NCBI GenBank assembly: GCA_040437565.1
Contig: JBDOQK010000038.1
Location: forward strand, 186,001 to 250,000
Length of the DNA stretch: 64,000 nt
Direction of reading: 5' to 3'
From: Albugo candida
Lineage: Eukaryota
The position numbers and the translations under genes were made by a program. The notes beneath the pieces are model-generated. The model saw nothing but the letters and a program-made list of their open reading frames with translations. It ran no database searches and was not told the DNA's origin. Shown here in pieces: positions 23,353 to 36,965 of the stretch (position 1 is the stretch's first letter; every line of letters begins with the position of its first letter).

Positions 23353-23958
23353 ATGCCGTCCAAATTAATCCAATCAGCAATTCTGACAATCACTCTATTC
23401 CAACATGCATTCGGCGGTGTCCGAGTTTTCACAAATGCGATTTACAGCGGTGTTGTCACTGGAGAAGTCACTGTCGATGAATTGTACATCTGCGAAAATG
23501 CCATACAAATAAAATTCTTAAACTCGACTGCTTTCATTTCGAAAAAAATCAGTGATTACGAGTACAATTGCCAGTTTCTACACATCGTTGGGCATACGAA
23601 AGACGCCGCTAAAGGGCAACAAGGGAATACAATACATGTTCGACACCGTAATAAGAGTTGTTCGCCTAAGGATGGTTCGTGCTGTAATCACGAACAGTAT
23701 GTTCCTGTCGCCGACAAAGACCCAACTTGCCAAGCATCAAGTGATATCCTTTTTAATGTTCGGAGTTCAGAAGGTAATTACGCCCATGTATTCAAAGTGG
23801 ATAGCCAGGAAAGTTGTCATACTGCGTGCACCAAGGAGCAGAATTGTAAAGGAGCCGTGTTTTACCCATGGGTTGAAGCATGTCAAATGAAGGCGTCATA
23901 TTTCAAATTAACTCGCTTGGACGGCGCCAACCTCCTTAAAAATCGCCGGTTTGTTTGA
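23353..23958 (+). CDS. Secreted PAN/Apple-domain (CBEL-like) Cys-rich protein, locus C, intact, 201 aa
   Basis: Signal MPSKLIQSAILTITLFQHAFG; N-domain YICENAIQIKFLNSTAF...NCQFL; Cys module CSPKDGSCCNHEQY...PTC; PAN/Apple pattern SQESCHTACTKEQNCKGAVFYPWVEACQMK. Confidence 0.88.
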   Translation: MPSKLIQSAILTITLFQHAFGGVRVFTNAIYSGVVTGEVTVDELYICENAIQIKFLNSTAFISKKISDYEYNCQFLHIVGHTKDAAKGQQGNTIHVRHRNKSCSPKDGSCCNHEQYVPVADKDPTCQASSDILFNVRSSEGNYAHVFKVDSQESCHTACTKEQNCKGAVFYPWVEACQMKASYFKLTRLDGANLLKNRRFV

Positions 23959-25591
23959 TCCCTTCGATTAGTTGCATCTCTTTGAGTTTAAAAGTTGACA
24001 AATATGATTGGTCAAATTTACTGACATTTGAAATGAATTTATTAGTGTGGAAAGACTTCTTACTTATAAAAAATAGAGGTAGTTTTCTCATCAGTGATGT
24101 TGACCAGACTTCTCAATTTGCCGGCTACTAAGTAACGGGCCAATTTAGTAAAAACAACTCGAAAAAACAACCTTTTTCATCTCCTTCCTCTCGAAAACAA
24201 TGGTTCAAGTCGACATATCGACACAACCAAGGGTGCTAGCGTCCACTTGTAGTGACGTGGCAACCCTCATGAGTCACCCAGCNNNNNNNNNNNNNNNNNN
24301 NNNNNNNNNNNNNNNNNNNNNNNNNNNNNNNNNNNNNNNNNNNNNNNNNNNNNNNNNNNNNNNNNNNNNNNNNNNNNNNNNNGTACATTCACTCCGCCCC
24401 ACCATCTAATCTCACTGTCCTATGATCTCCCATCCTTCCTTCTGAAAGTGCAAATGCTCTAAAACGCATTTTGCGAATAATGCAAACGACGCGACGTATA
24501 TACGTTCGTCAACGACCACATTTATCTCATTAGTAAAATACACACACTCACATGCACTTCCACGCACTCGGTGGTGTCCCATAGATTGGCTACTAGGCTT
24601 CACATCAACCATTTCCTGTGAGTGATGTTCGATTCTACTAGAACCAGCATTATGTGCGAGACTCATAATGCTCACCTCAACACCAGAAGCCATCCCGGGA
24701 TTCTGGCCGTCCATTGCAATGCAAGTCGGATTTATGTGTTATGAGGAATCAATGCACACCGTTTATCGTCAGTAAAGCAAAATGATTAGCATCACCGAAA
24801 CACCTTATCAGCGTCCTAATCGATTAGGTGGATCGTAAGCTCCCATACGATAACGCCCACTCTTAACGGCTGTAATGCTTACTGCAAGAACAACGCGTAT
24901 GTGGGTGCCTCGTAGAATTGTTGGTTTCTCAATATATATATATTGCCAAATATAATTTCTGACCTCCTTTCATAGAGTCAAACCTTTCTCTTGAATTACA
25001 AATGACATCAGAACTAAATCAATTTTCGAGCCGCTCTGTTTTCTCACGCTAACAGTTTAGAATACATTGGAAGAACGCTCCGACAGAAAATTGATTCATC
25101 ACACTAATTTTAGTAAATTCATTGTAGCTCGCACATGTGCGCTAAGCTTACGGTTCCGTGCGAATGCATAGCAGCTATGAAACACTGTAAGTCGACCACA
25201 CGCCTTTAGTCACCGCGTGCATTTCTTAGTGTTGCCACACCACAGACCACATCATCCTATTTATATGTCCACCACACAGAAGAAGCTTCTGGATGCAGTA
25301 AGTAATCGCAAGACGCAGCACGCCATTCTCTCTACCACAGTTACAACCTCCTTCCACGAGAGTAATTCGCGACATTCGTTTATCTTTTATAAAAACAACA
25401 ATAACCGCAATCATCTCCTTCAAGTTACAATTACACACTCCATCCCACGACTTAATAAATCTATCAAAGACTCGAGTCGATCTTCTCCATTTACGGAGAA
25501 CGTACCCCGAGATAATATTCTATGCAAAATCACACTATCACTTTTGTCCACGACTTTCCTTTTTCTATTTGATCTCAACTCCAACGTTTCA

Positions 25592-26215
25592 ATGCTGTCG
25601 AAATTTGTCACATGTGCAACTCTCATCATCAGTGTTTTCCCGCAAACATTCAGTGATGTCCGTGTGCTGACTCATGTGGACTTCAATATATAAATGTCAT
25701 ATCATTCGTCACGAATAATCGTCGAGTATGTGTCAACGCCCTCCTAGGACACTATCCACTCATTATGAGTAAATTCATGACTAAGGACATAAACAACACT
25801 CATCTCATGTGCAATTTCGTATTTGTTCTCTACGAGCCTGACACTTCTACAGCTGGAAAAGATGTAACAATATTTATGCGTCCAGATCCCCTTCGACACC
25901 AACATGTGAGCGACATGAGGGCTGTGAAATAGAGCAAAGTGTCTTTATTGGTGGACAACTTCAATGCCAGGCGAGGACGCATTCCCTCGCCACTGTCAGT
26001 TTGGTTGGACAAGTTCTTGGGCTTCCAATCACAAGACCAACTCTAATGGATTGCCAAAAAAGTGACTCACTACTATTAGTTGCTTGGCCACCGCTCATCA
26101 ATCACCAGAAAAATCATGCCAAATGAAGTCTTCAATCATAAGCGCCCACTTCAAGGAAGGGTCTGAATCCAATTTGTCGATTACCTGCCGAGCTATCTCT
26201 AAGATAGATACAGCG
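25592..26215 (+). pseudogene. Secreted PAN/CBEL-like family, locus D (multiple frameshifts and stops)
   Basis: MLSKFVTCATLIISVFPQTFSDVRVL signal; shifted frame RVCVNALLG...LMCNFVFV; KSCQMKSS near 26115; family upstream module present. Confidence 0.75.
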
Positions 26216-26289
26216 TGAATATACGTGTTTTCAATTTGCTGAGTAGATCTGCTGCTGAACATTCCTGCCTATACAAAATGAATAGAGGG

Positions 26290-27240
26290 TTGAAAACTCC
26301 CAAACCACGTTTCCAGTCACCGACTGGCGGTCCTTCATATCACTTGAAAAAGCTACGTCGCTGAATGACTCCACTGTCGGAGTTCCCAGTGCTTTATTTC
26401 TTGGTGTCATTCGCAGATTCAGGCGTTGAGTCCTTTTTTTATATTGCGCAATGCACTTTGTCAACTTTCAATTGTGGACGCGTGGATGGTGATTTTCACG
26501 CGTCGTCTTGTAAACAGCAAACTCCAAATCTGGCCGCGTGCTCCACGCCACTCACTGTAGACTTCCAACCAGTGGCTGAAAAGTCCCTGATTGATGGCTC
26601 TTCAGCCGTGCTCGTCATCACGAGTGGCGCGCAGCCTTCGTCGTGAACCTCGTAGCAGTCGGTGGCAGTAGGAAAAAGCGTCAAGTTGGATTTTACATCC
26701 CATGCACGCCTAGTAGGTATTTAATAGCCTCCTCCTTGTCCATAACATGAGAGCCGTCTTTGGCAAGTGGCACGGGAATACTAAAAACGTTTGACACAAG
26801 TCCCATATCCTGAGGGGTTGCCAGTGAGCCAAGGCTGGTGAAAAAGTAATCGACACCTGCAGCGCTAGTGCTGGTCTCCAGGAGGTCCTCAACACATACG
26901 CCAACCATGACTATGTTGGCAACGTCGACCTTGCGATAAAAACAAATTTGCGCCACGCGCTGTTCACTACCGCCTCAGTAAGTCTCGAATGCAGCAACTG
27001 GCTCTACAAGAACCAGGCTTGCTTTTATCCGTATAGCCTCTTATGCTACTACAGCACCATGTTGCTGGTGCTTCTTGTGCTGAGGTCCTCTGGCATCTTG
27101 TCGTCTTGGTCCATGCCCCAGGGAACTTCCAACTAAATATAAAGATGCACTTCTTTGTCGGCCTTCACATTCTTCCCACGTCGACGCGAGCGTCAGTATC
27201 ACTTACACTGTCGACATATCCATCACTTCAGCAAAAGTGA
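26290..27240 (-). mobile_element. Ty1/Copia retrotransposon remnant (RT to RNase H start, frameshifted)
   Basis: Minus-strand fragments: KRLYG*KQAW (LYGLKQA motif, ~27040), VGVCVEDLL (YVDDLL), DMGLVSNVFSI...MDKEEAIKYLL, TDCYEV, and ESFSDVAFSSDMKDRQSVTGNV (SDADFA..DRKS.TG). Confidence 0.85.
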
Positions 27241-27294
27241 GACTTAGTCCCTTCCCCCCACTTGCTCGTTCACGAAATCAACTAATAGCGCCTT

Positions 27295-27510
27295 GAGCAT
27301 ACGGACCCCCTGCCGGAGGTTGTTAGTTCAATCCCCGGCAGTGTGGGCAGCGGTTTGAGCGCACCCAAGGAATAAGCTTGGACATTATCTGCCTCCCTAG
27401 GTGTGAAGTCAGACTTAAGTGATATTGACACGGTCAAGTGCTCATGATAGGATAAGGAAGGTAGTTACAGAACCAGATAACCAGCGTAATGAAATCTTGA
27501 CAAAAAAAAA
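27295..27510. mobile_element. Dispersed repeat, copy 2 (truncated relative to 2214-2632; ends in A9)
   Basis: Aligns with 2439-2632; ends TTGAC followed by an A-run at 27502-27510; lies next to the Copia remnant. Confidence 0.7.
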
Positions 27511-28562
27511 GTGCCTTGACCTGCATGCTCCACATTAATTAAGGCAATGTCAATGGTTTATGAGTAATCTAGCCGATAGATTGAGGCAGCATTTTCTACT
27601 ATACGTGTCAAGTGAATGTGCGCACTACGCAGTAGAGGCTCTATACAAACGAAATGACATGACGTTTTAATGCCGAATACTTTTTTTATTAGAGACAATC
27701 CATTAGTCCCTTAGTACAAAATATCCCCTAATGATTCCGAGACATATTTGACATAATGCAACATATCGACTATGGTTTCCGTCAGAACGTTCGAAGACTT
27801 AAAGGAACGCTATCCCACAATAATCGATTCAATTCATCTTTTTTTTGGTGAGCTGGTGAGGATATATAATTCTGCGAGCAAACCTTGGTATTGCATTACC
27901 AGCTAGTGTTCAACACGCCCGCAGAGATATACGGCATATGAGTTGAAAGAATCACATCAAAAGTATCTCAATAAATATTTCTCATCATTGAAATCTTCCT
28001 TTAGATGTTTCCTACCATTCATATGAAATTTCGACAGCGCAGCGAATTCGATTTGTGCAACCGCAACACGTTTAGAGAGAATGCCACTTTCTCAACAACA
28101 AAGTCTGCAACTTGGAATATTGATATATGGGCGCACAAATTCACTATCGCATCATAGCGAAGATCAACAAAATTAGAGACGATCAATGCTTTATAGTATA
28201 CGAGTAGGATTAGTGATTTATAGCGCAAATTCCCACCCAGGTCACAACTTCAAGTTTTTTTTGACAGTTGAATTGAACTTTCTTTATTATAGCACACAAA
28301 ATTTCATTTCCTCCTACACCAGCTGATCCAGTGCTGACCTACTCCTCACCCTACATGATGGAATCAACCAAATGAATTATAATGAAAGTTATTGCTATTT
28401 GGACGCTCCTGTTCGATCAACATCGCGATCATTTTGACGTTAATATTCTCAGATAGAATACAAAGCTTTCGGAGAAGCCATGTCCTCACCACACACACTT
28501 CAATGATCTTCAAGTAACTTCTCTTGTGTATTCTAATTACGGTCCCGTACGGCCAAATAGAG

Positions 28563-28695
28563 TATTTCTGTGTCCACCCGAGACACGGAATTGGCACCAT
28601 ATTTATGTGTACACCCTACACGGAGGCAATATCGTGTTTATGTGGACACCCTAGACACGTAAGTGACATCAAAAGTTTTGTGTACATCACATAAA
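28563..28695 (+). repeat. Degenerate ~37-bp tandem repeat (about 4 units) in the locus E upstream region
   Basis: Units with core TTT(A/C)TGTG(T/G)(A/C)CACCCTAGACAC; counterpart array at ~36500-36640, with fewer units before loci J, L and M. Confidence 0.7.
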
Positions 28696-29020
28696 GCGAG
28701 AATCTTTCCGGACAAAATGTAAAAACCACATGCCACACGCCTTTCCCTAACCTGGTTTTCAATCAGAACGATTTGCGCCTTTCGCATTACATTTCTACAA
28801 AATAACCGCTATTTCCTGATCCACGTTACACACACAGTCGGTCCCATGATAACGCTATATATCCATCGAGTTTAAGCTCTCCTTCCTTCTCAGATAACAA
28901 TATTACCCACCCACAGGAGGCTCTATAAAGTGTGTTACTGAGGAAATAGTCCACGACTTTACACTGTTCACCAGCTACTCGATCTCATTTGTACATTTGA
29001 TCCGATATACAAACATTCCG

Positions 29021-29773
29021 ATGAAGTCGAAAATTATCAGAAGCGCATTTCTTACCATCACTCTCATCCAACATACATTGAGTGACATTGAAGTTCACCA
29101 GCACGCGGTATACAGCGGGCACATCATCCAAAATATCAAAGTACACTCGACGGTCATGTGTGACAGCGCCATTCAAATTGGCTTTATGGGTGCGAATGCA
29201 TATTTGGAAATCGATAATACCTATGATTAAATTTGCATACTCTTAAGCGTGAAAGGAGTCCCTAAAGACGTTCCTGCCACAGAAAAAGGCGTTCCAATAA
29301 CCTTCAGAGGTAAATCTAGTTCCTGTGCCTTACCGGCCTAATGCTCCCCGACGTGTTGCGGAAATGCTCAATGTGTTCCTGTACTCGAGTACTCGCCAAT
29401 ATGCAATTCTACTAGTGATTATCTCAACAGCATTATACTCGAGGGAAAGAAGCTTGGACCTCCAACCGTAAAGAGTAATCATGCTGCGTGCCAGCAACAT
29501 TGCGCGGCAACCAAATACTGCCAGTCTGCCTCGTTTCACTCATGGGATAGAACCTGTCAACTAATGGCTATAGTCACCGGTCTCTCCTACGTTTACGACG
29601 TCTATTCCGTTAGTGTGATACGTCATCGAGCTTATTGGTGTGTTTCACGTCCCTTTAATTCGTCTTTTACCAATATAAAAGTTTGCGAATATAATGTGTC
29701 CACTTTCTTTTTGGCTAGCAAGAAATTACTTTTCTACATTGCGCCACACACACTCTGTAGTATTTGTTACTGA
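29021..29773 (+). pseudogene. Secreted PAN/CBEL-like family, locus E (two in-frame TAA at 29228 and 29339, no frameshift)
   Basis: One frame: MKSKIIRSAFLTITLIQHTLS...VMCDSAIQIGFMGANAY...*ICIL...*CSPTCCGNAQCVPV...ACQQHCAATKYCQSASFHSWDRTCQLM. Confidence 0.88.
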
Positions 29774-30857
29774 CAGTAGTAGGTGAGAGCTTTGTGGGAG
29801 AACGATGCATTTTCACTGACTTGATGAAACGCTATGATGAGTTTCAATCTTGATGATGGACACAAGCGGCGGTGTGAAGGCGTTGTGATTACACCTTAAT
29901 GTTACATGTAGTAGCTGTTGATTTATTCACGACAATCTATGGTCATGTTTGATAAAGGCTACCTCAACGCTAACGATCACGTACTACTATTGCGCACACG
30001 GATTAGCGGAAGCTTTGGCTGATGTTTTTCAGAACTTCCCATTTAGAGTTTTACAGAACAAAGCCATATTAGAAGACGGTACTTTTCATTAAGGTGCACA
30101 ACGCTATATTCAGGACGACATTTGTGGTGAGACACATAAAAAACTCACCAAATGAAGGGAGGCTCTAATTGACTGAAATAAAGCATCACATTGCATAAGA
30201 GAAATAAACTCGCCGAAAGATCGAAGACGCAGGACGAATGCTGTTTTGTATCAGGGATAAATCAAAGTTATGTGCGAAAAGTGGGAGTTGAACTGATCAT
30301 ACATAGATACTGTGCAACAGCATCATTCCTCACATTTTGCTGAAAGTAACGCTTGTTGACTATTGACGAACACGTACCTTCCGTAAGTGCGCTCAACTAT
30401 CGCACTTACTCATCTCGTTGCATTTGAAGTAATTCCCTAATGGAGCGTTTCCATCAAATCAGACGAGTAATACCGTTCATGACAAGACTTGGTATCGTTT
30501 CTATCGAATGCTTACGAGAACCTTCCCCCAGATGACGACAGCATCGCTATCGCTTGTATTACTGTTGAAAATGTAATTCCTGTATTTGATGCGATAAAAG
30601 TCCTCGCCTTATCGCGTCTCATTACAAATACGAAATAAATGGTACATGATTTTCTATATAGAGCATTTGAAAAGGAACACTTGATTGAACTATTATCCAA
30701 CACTGTTGAGGCGAACGTGCCCCATACCACGTGAAAAATACGTAGCTGTCTCGTTCTACATTTGACACATTTGTGAGCCACCCATTCCATGCGCTACATC
30801 CGCGAAAAATATAAAATCTTCGTTTTGGTCACCGACCAAACACTCTTCTCAGAAATA

Positions 30858-31015
30858 TTCAGTCATTTGGCACTACCACTCAAGACAGTGGCTCTGATCA
30901 AAATCAAGAACCAAACTTCCATCGGCTTCTTCGAATCCAAAAAATTGTCACGATTGGATGAGACTATGGATATCGAAGAGTACACAGAATAAGAAGCCTC
31001 GAAGTGTGCATTGGT
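30858..31015 (+). pseudogene. Internally deleted relic of a locus-G-like gene (locus O)
   Basis: TTGGCACTACCACT (LALPLKTVALI vs LALPLTTLAYI in G) is followed within ~130 bp by CCTCGAAGTGTGCA and a 3' flank matching the end of G (41298-41390). Confidence 0.6.
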
Positions 31016-31089
31016 GATAAAAGCTTAATGAGATGTCGTACGAAAGCAATTACATACGTTTGCCAGAAAAACTCTGTTTCAATTTGTTA

Positions 31090-32150
31090 TTCCTAATCTC
31101 TCTGCACACACAACCAGGAGCTCCTACTACATGAATCTCAAAGTTGTTTTCTCTGCGCTTGAAATGCATATATTTGCCTTGCATATGAAAATACCATCGC
31201 CAACGACATCTCTACTTTATGTATCAAAAACGCACACTCAATGTTTCAGATTTCTATGCTCTTACTATAACACGAACGGACTTCTCGACAAGCGCAGGAC
31301 ATCTCAAGCAATATGAATACAAATAAAATAATGTTTATGGAATTACTTGCACGGGTTGAAAATTTGCGCAGCTATTGACAATCTACTCTTTTTCTGCCGT
31401 AACTCACCAGAATACGAGGCTGTGCCGCGCATGTAGTGCTTATATGATGTCCAGAGACACGATGACCACGAAAGTGGACACCAGGCTGAACAAAGAACTC
31501 TGACAAGAACTAGGATCGAAGTGTCATTCTACTTGTATGGTCCATGCAGGACCCACAAGGAGCACATGATCCTTCCATGGTGAGCTGATCCAGCTCCCAT
31601 GCGATACGAGTCGTTTTTCTTTATCGTAACGATACCTCCAAATGCGTGGATGTGCGCCTCAGCGCGGAGTTCATCACGAATTGGGAGAGATTGTTACGGT
31701 TCGACGGATGGCAGAACAAATGACGCTTCCGATCGATCTGGGCAAAGTTTTGTGTGAATGACTGCATTGCCACCCCAGAGATAGTCTTTCAACGGCGTCC
31801 ATCTCGTCGGAAAAATATCACACCTATAACGTTGTGCAGCGTTGTCATTGAAGAGCGATTCCGAGTCGGAGTAGCATCAACTTTCTCGTCTGGTTGCACT
31901 TGAAAAGAAATGTTGCTCTGACTTCACTGCAGCATTCGAAGGCCAAGTGCGCAATCTACCGTCTCATTGGTTCTCTAGCGATCAGCACCGAGGTCGACAG
32001 TAGCATTTTAAACGTCAAACGAAAGTATACTTGCCGAAGCGATATCAGAAAAGGAAGTGCAATGATCACCACAGAGTCTCGTTGAGATAGTTAGAACGAG
32101 GTAGTTGCAATACGCGCTTATACATTTAGCTCTGTCTTACATGGTGCCGC
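31090..32150 (+). repeat. Segmental duplication block (about 41400-42570; partly 47620-48200)
   Basis: Collinear diverged matches, e.g. ACGCTTCCGATCGATC, ACTTCACTGC.GCATTC.A.GGCCAAGT.CGCAAT and AGCTCTGTCTTACATGG. Confidence 0.8.
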
Positions 32151-32607
32151 GTGTGATCCTGCCGAGATGTTTTCTTGTACTGAGCAGGTAACCTCATATT
32201 CTGTGACTTGAGTTTGAAACTAGATAATCAGAACGCCTCCCAGGAAAGATTGCACTGATATCGTCTACCCACGATAAGAAAATCAAAGGATATTATCTGT
32301 TGGTGTCGTTCCTCCTGCAAGTTTTCCCTCCACACTCCCCATTTGGTTTACTCACGGGTTTCGACCATTTTTGCAGGCTATGAGTCATATAAACTTTCTT
32401 TCGTCTCAAACCAGCACGTGTTCTTTCTTCTATCGTTAGGCTGCTGTAAGCGAACATTTGCCCTATACTATCGATTCCAAATGTTGTATTCTCATACAAC
32501 ATGCCGCCTATTTGTTATTGATGCGTCAATCGGATAATATCCGATCTTGCAAAAACATTTACTCAATGCTTAACAATCATTAGGGCAATATAAGTGTTTT
32601 ATGAGCA

Positions 32608-33420
32608 ATTTAGTCGATAGACCATATTGAGGTCGTATTTTCACATTACGTGCCAAGTGACTTTGCGAACTACGCATTAGAGGCTCTACAAAAACGAAAT
32701 GACATGACATTTCAATGATGAATACAACTTCCATTAGAGACAATTCATTAGACTTTAGCACAGAATATCGCCTATGAGACTTTGAGACATGTTTGACAAA
32801 ATGCAACACGTCAAATATGTCTTCGGTCAGAACGTTTAGAGACTTTAAAAAAAAATTATCACGGAAGTACATGATTTCATTCAGTTTGTGTTGGTCCGCT
32901 GCTGAGGAAATGAAATTCTGCGAGAACACTTTGCATTGCATTACCCGCTGATACTTCAAAACCTCGAATTGTTATTACTATTTTGCCCAATGTGGCCTGT
33001 TCTCGTTTGCTTCTGTTGCCACATTTAGCGTGATATATGCAAATTAGAATGCATTGGATTTGCTACATTGAATAATGTTCAACAATCCAGCCGATATACA
33101 CATTAAATTACAAATGAAGGTGAACATTACGAGCGAAGAATTCTCGGGAGATTTCGTCGAGTTGTTTCATAGAGAATCATCAACAGTAGAGACATTTTGA
33201 CTGCGCTGGATCTCCTAGCGTGTACCTGCGACGGGTTTACGCAGATTATCAGTTTCTTCAGAACAAAGTCTGCGACTTGAAATATCGATAATGGTGCACA
33301 AATCAATATCGCATTATGACATAGGAAAGATCGAATTCTTTATACTACGCGAGAGAGAGGAATGGTTTGTAGCGCAAATTCGCACGGAAGTTTCAAACTC
33401 CGCTTTTGCTTGACAATTCT
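32608..33420 (+). repeat. Segmental duplication block (about 27565-28270)
   Basis: Shared AGAGGCTCTA.A.AAACGAAATGACATGAC, GTCAGAACGTT, AAATTCTGCGAG, ACAAAGTCTGC.ACTTG and TAGCGCAAATTC. Confidence 0.75.
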
Positions 33421-33499
33421 ATGACACTTTCTTTTTCCAACTCACAGATCTCTTTTATGACACCTGTCCTGTCTTCGTTGCCATCAAAACCACTATCAG

Positions 33500-35690
33500 A
33501 GACACAACATCACGCTTGTATAAATCCTCTCCCATAAAAAAAACCTTGAAGTAGCTTCATGCAGATCTGACGTGTCTCTTTGCTGTTCCGATTGGAAACC
33601 ATGAGTTAGCGAGCCCTTCCAATAGTAAAATTGGATATAAAAAACCAACGGTTGTCTGGAGCAATATCTACCATATAAAGGAGTGGTATTTCGGAAAGTC
33701 GCTTGGTAGCTCAGTATCAAACTACAAGTTGATCTTTTTTATACTGCGGAAAAGAGCTGCGTATTCGGTGAGAACAAAAACATCACGGCCCAATACATCC
33801 GTATTGACTCATCCAATCGACTAGAGATGGGGAATACTGAATTAAGCACTCGCTGAAAAGACAATGATTTCGTTCGCCAGTTTGCATCTTGTTGTGTGTG
33901 AAGTGACCAGTGGTAGCAGTACAGTTTGTGCTATCACTACGCGGTGAAAAATCTATAGGTCTCGATTTTCGGTCTCAATTGCGCGGAAAATAATTTCGAT
34001 GTCGCTTAGTGCATTCTACATGTTCGAATAGGAAGTGACGGGTGCACAATACGTCCAATATAAAGAATTCAGTGAAGTATGGATTCATTCTCTTTGCCAC
34101 ACCCAGCGCAAATGATGTACTAAATGCCTATCACTGTCGTCAGAAAAAAGAAAATCCGAAAAATAGAAGCACTATGGAATCAAATGATCAAGCACCAACA
34201 CAATACTGGGACTCGATAGTCTACTTCTTAAGTAATTATGATCAATTGGGCTCAGAGATCATCAGTTCAGATATCGGCGACGTAGCGCAATATGGCTCTA
34301 TGAACGGCGTGACGGATTTTGCAACACCTTTATAAAATGTCTGGGATTACAGTATCTTATATTATATGTACAGGCAGAGAAAGCCTACATTATTCGTATG
34401 CAGTTCTCTATAGGGATTCAGCTTTTGCGAAAGCTCAAAATGGGTCTGACTTCGTGATGCAAAATATCCTTTTAAGAATGACAGTGCCCAATAACTCTAA
34501 ATAAAACGATAACTCCCATCTGTATTAACTACACTAGCTTTTACCTTCGTCTACCGCGCTCCAAACACAAGCAACCATGTGTAGCGTAATAAGCAGGATG
34601 TTGGACGTTATCTGTAAGCTCTCGAATTGAATGTTTTTGTTCAACTGTAAGCTTTTGACAGCACCATAGTTTCCTTATCTTCGTGAGACCAGTCCAAAAG
34701 GTAAGAAGCGGAAAAAGCATAAGAAAGTTTAGGTGGCGATCTCCGCTTCCTGGCTTCGTAAAACATGCGATCCCATATTTTACTTGTCACTCTACGTCGG
34801 CGATATCCGCTGAGGATGGTTTGTAGCTCTGTGAATATGGTTTACTGTCGTGCTGATACAACGTATTGTAACCATCGTTGTGATATTCACCAGCGTGTTA
34901 TCGCGATCGGCCGGTACGCTTAGACTTCGTTTGGGTTTTTAATGCAATTGGAATCCGCTTGGCCAGGCGGAGACATCAGAAACTTTTATAATTATGTTTA
35001 TACTCGGGAGCAAAACGATTCATTACACATTTCTAAGCGAGGATTCCAGCGCTCCATTTGACAAAAAATACATCACACGAATCGGATGTTTTTTTGTCGA
35101 CATAATTCTATTCCCATGAAGCTTACAATAGCATACCAATATCGACTATTACGAGGCCCCAGCAACTCTTAGAGGCAAACTAAGATCCAACAGCAAGTGT
35201 CCCACATTCACATTGGAATCGAATTCTCGATAAAACGACCTTGTGATTGTATAATTTCACTCCATGAAGCTTGTTGATCGTGCTCCTGCTCAGTAGAAAT
35301 ATTGTTGCTTGCAGAATCCAAGTTCTTAAGCCTGACTAGCGATGCAGTTGATTATTCGAAACACACGATACACATAAAGGTGATAAATTTTTCTATCTGG
35401 GGAAAGAGACCAATCCATCACACCGGTATATTGCTCTGAACTGCTGACCAAGCTATTAAATTACCTGAAATAAGAACCTTTCGCGTAAACAGAATCCGTT
35501 CATTGCTCAGAGAATCGGTCAATTGTTATCTTGAAATAATGCAAGTGTCTAATCTCACTCCTACACGATCAGTAGCCTTTCTAACTCGGCCGTTTTGTCT
35601 CCATTCATTAGTACTGAAGGCTCAATGCTCATAACTACTTGGAATTTAGCGGAGAAGAATGCTTCCCATCAATTTTTTTAGAAACATGCT
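33500..35690 (+). repeat. Segmental duplication block (about 48240-50420), likely containing a decayed minus-strand gene
   Basis: Collinear matches such as CGCAAATGATGTACTAAATG, CTCTATAGGGATTCAG, CAGTCCAAAA.GGTAAGAA, AGCGTGTTATCGCGATC.GCCGGTACG and ACTTGGAATTTAGCG.AGAAG.ATGCTTCC. Confidence 0.8.
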
Positions 35691-36965
35691 ACTACGTACA
35701 CTAGTTGAAGCGCTGCATTGAGAAGAGTCCACAACTGCAAAGCCACAGCTGTGAGGTAAAGTACATAATTTAAGATGCTCTGATCGGTAGCCTGTAGACG
35801 AATGCAAGTCTAGATAAAATACTCTGTTATCATTTCTTCTTTGAGTAGAGTGATTCCTTTTAATATGAATAGCACTGCAATATCATGAACTTGGCTGTCT
35901 AGGTTTTTTACTTACAAGAATAGTCAACCTTTATCTGGACCTACCAAATGAGATCAAAATTCGCATCGAGGTCATTCTCACGTTAACATTTTGGATACTT
36001 TTGCAAAAAGCTTCGAGGTAAAGTAAAATCATCACACTAAATCAATATAGCTCGCACATGTGCGGTAAGCATTGGCTCCGTGCGAACGCATAGAAGTTTT
36101 GACACAATTTATGTCGAGTGCACAATTTTTGTCGTCGCGTGTAACCTTAGTGTGGACACCCCAGTTACGGACTACATTTTCTATATATGTGTACATCGTA
36201 CAGAGGCAACATTCAGATGCAAGGCGCCGAACGCCATTCTCCGCAATCGAGTTACAACCTCATTTCACTGGAGTAATTGCGACATTCGTATGTCCTATTT
36301 AACCTACTTCGTAACTTACTGATCAAGTCTTTCCAATGAATTACGTTGGAAGTTGACAGCCATTTAGCCGCTCCTGCTCGATCAACATCGCGATCATTTT
36401 AACGTTGATTTACGCAGATAAGCTACAAATCACTCGACTTCGACACACGAAATAACTCGTTGTGTGCGCTAACTCACGGTGCCGTACGACCAAATAGAGT
36501 ATTACTGTGCACAGCCTAGACATGGGAGTGGCATCGTATTTATGTGTACACCCTAGACACAGACGCAATATCGCATTTGACTTGATGTGTACACTCTAGA
36601 CACATAAGCAATATCGTGGTTTTGTGTAGACCACATAAAAAGAGAATTTTCGGCCAAATTCTGTAAAAGCACGATGCCGCACGCCTAAATCCTGAACTAA
36701 TTCTATGAAAGCGATTTGTGCCTTTCGCATTACATTCCTACAAATTTTCCGCAATCATCAGATCCAAAGTACCAACACTCTCGTTCTCATTATAACGCTA
36801 TCAATCGATCGAGTTTGACCTCGCCTTCCTTCTCAACAAACAATAGAACCTATCCACACGAGGCTCTATAGAGTGTGTGTGCTAACGAAATAATTCACGA
36901 CTTGACACTGTTCATCCACACCTCTGATCTCATTTGTTCATTTGATCCAACATACAAACATTCTG

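Noticed and set aside
24098-24900. Short LTR plus PBS (TGTTG...AACA-A-TGG) and a minus-strand Copia RNase H trace
   Set aside because: Motifs are too short and degenerate, are split by a gap, and no second LTR is visible.
28563-28695. CRISPR-like repeat-spacer array
   Set aside because: Units are degenerate tandem copies with similar linkers, there are no cas genes, and the context is eukaryotic.
7467-29341. TAA reassignment or programmed readthrough explaining in-frame stops in B and E
   Set aside because: Intact conserved genes here (HSF, PH) end in TAA, and sister loci carry frameshifts, so ordinary pseudogenisation is simpler.
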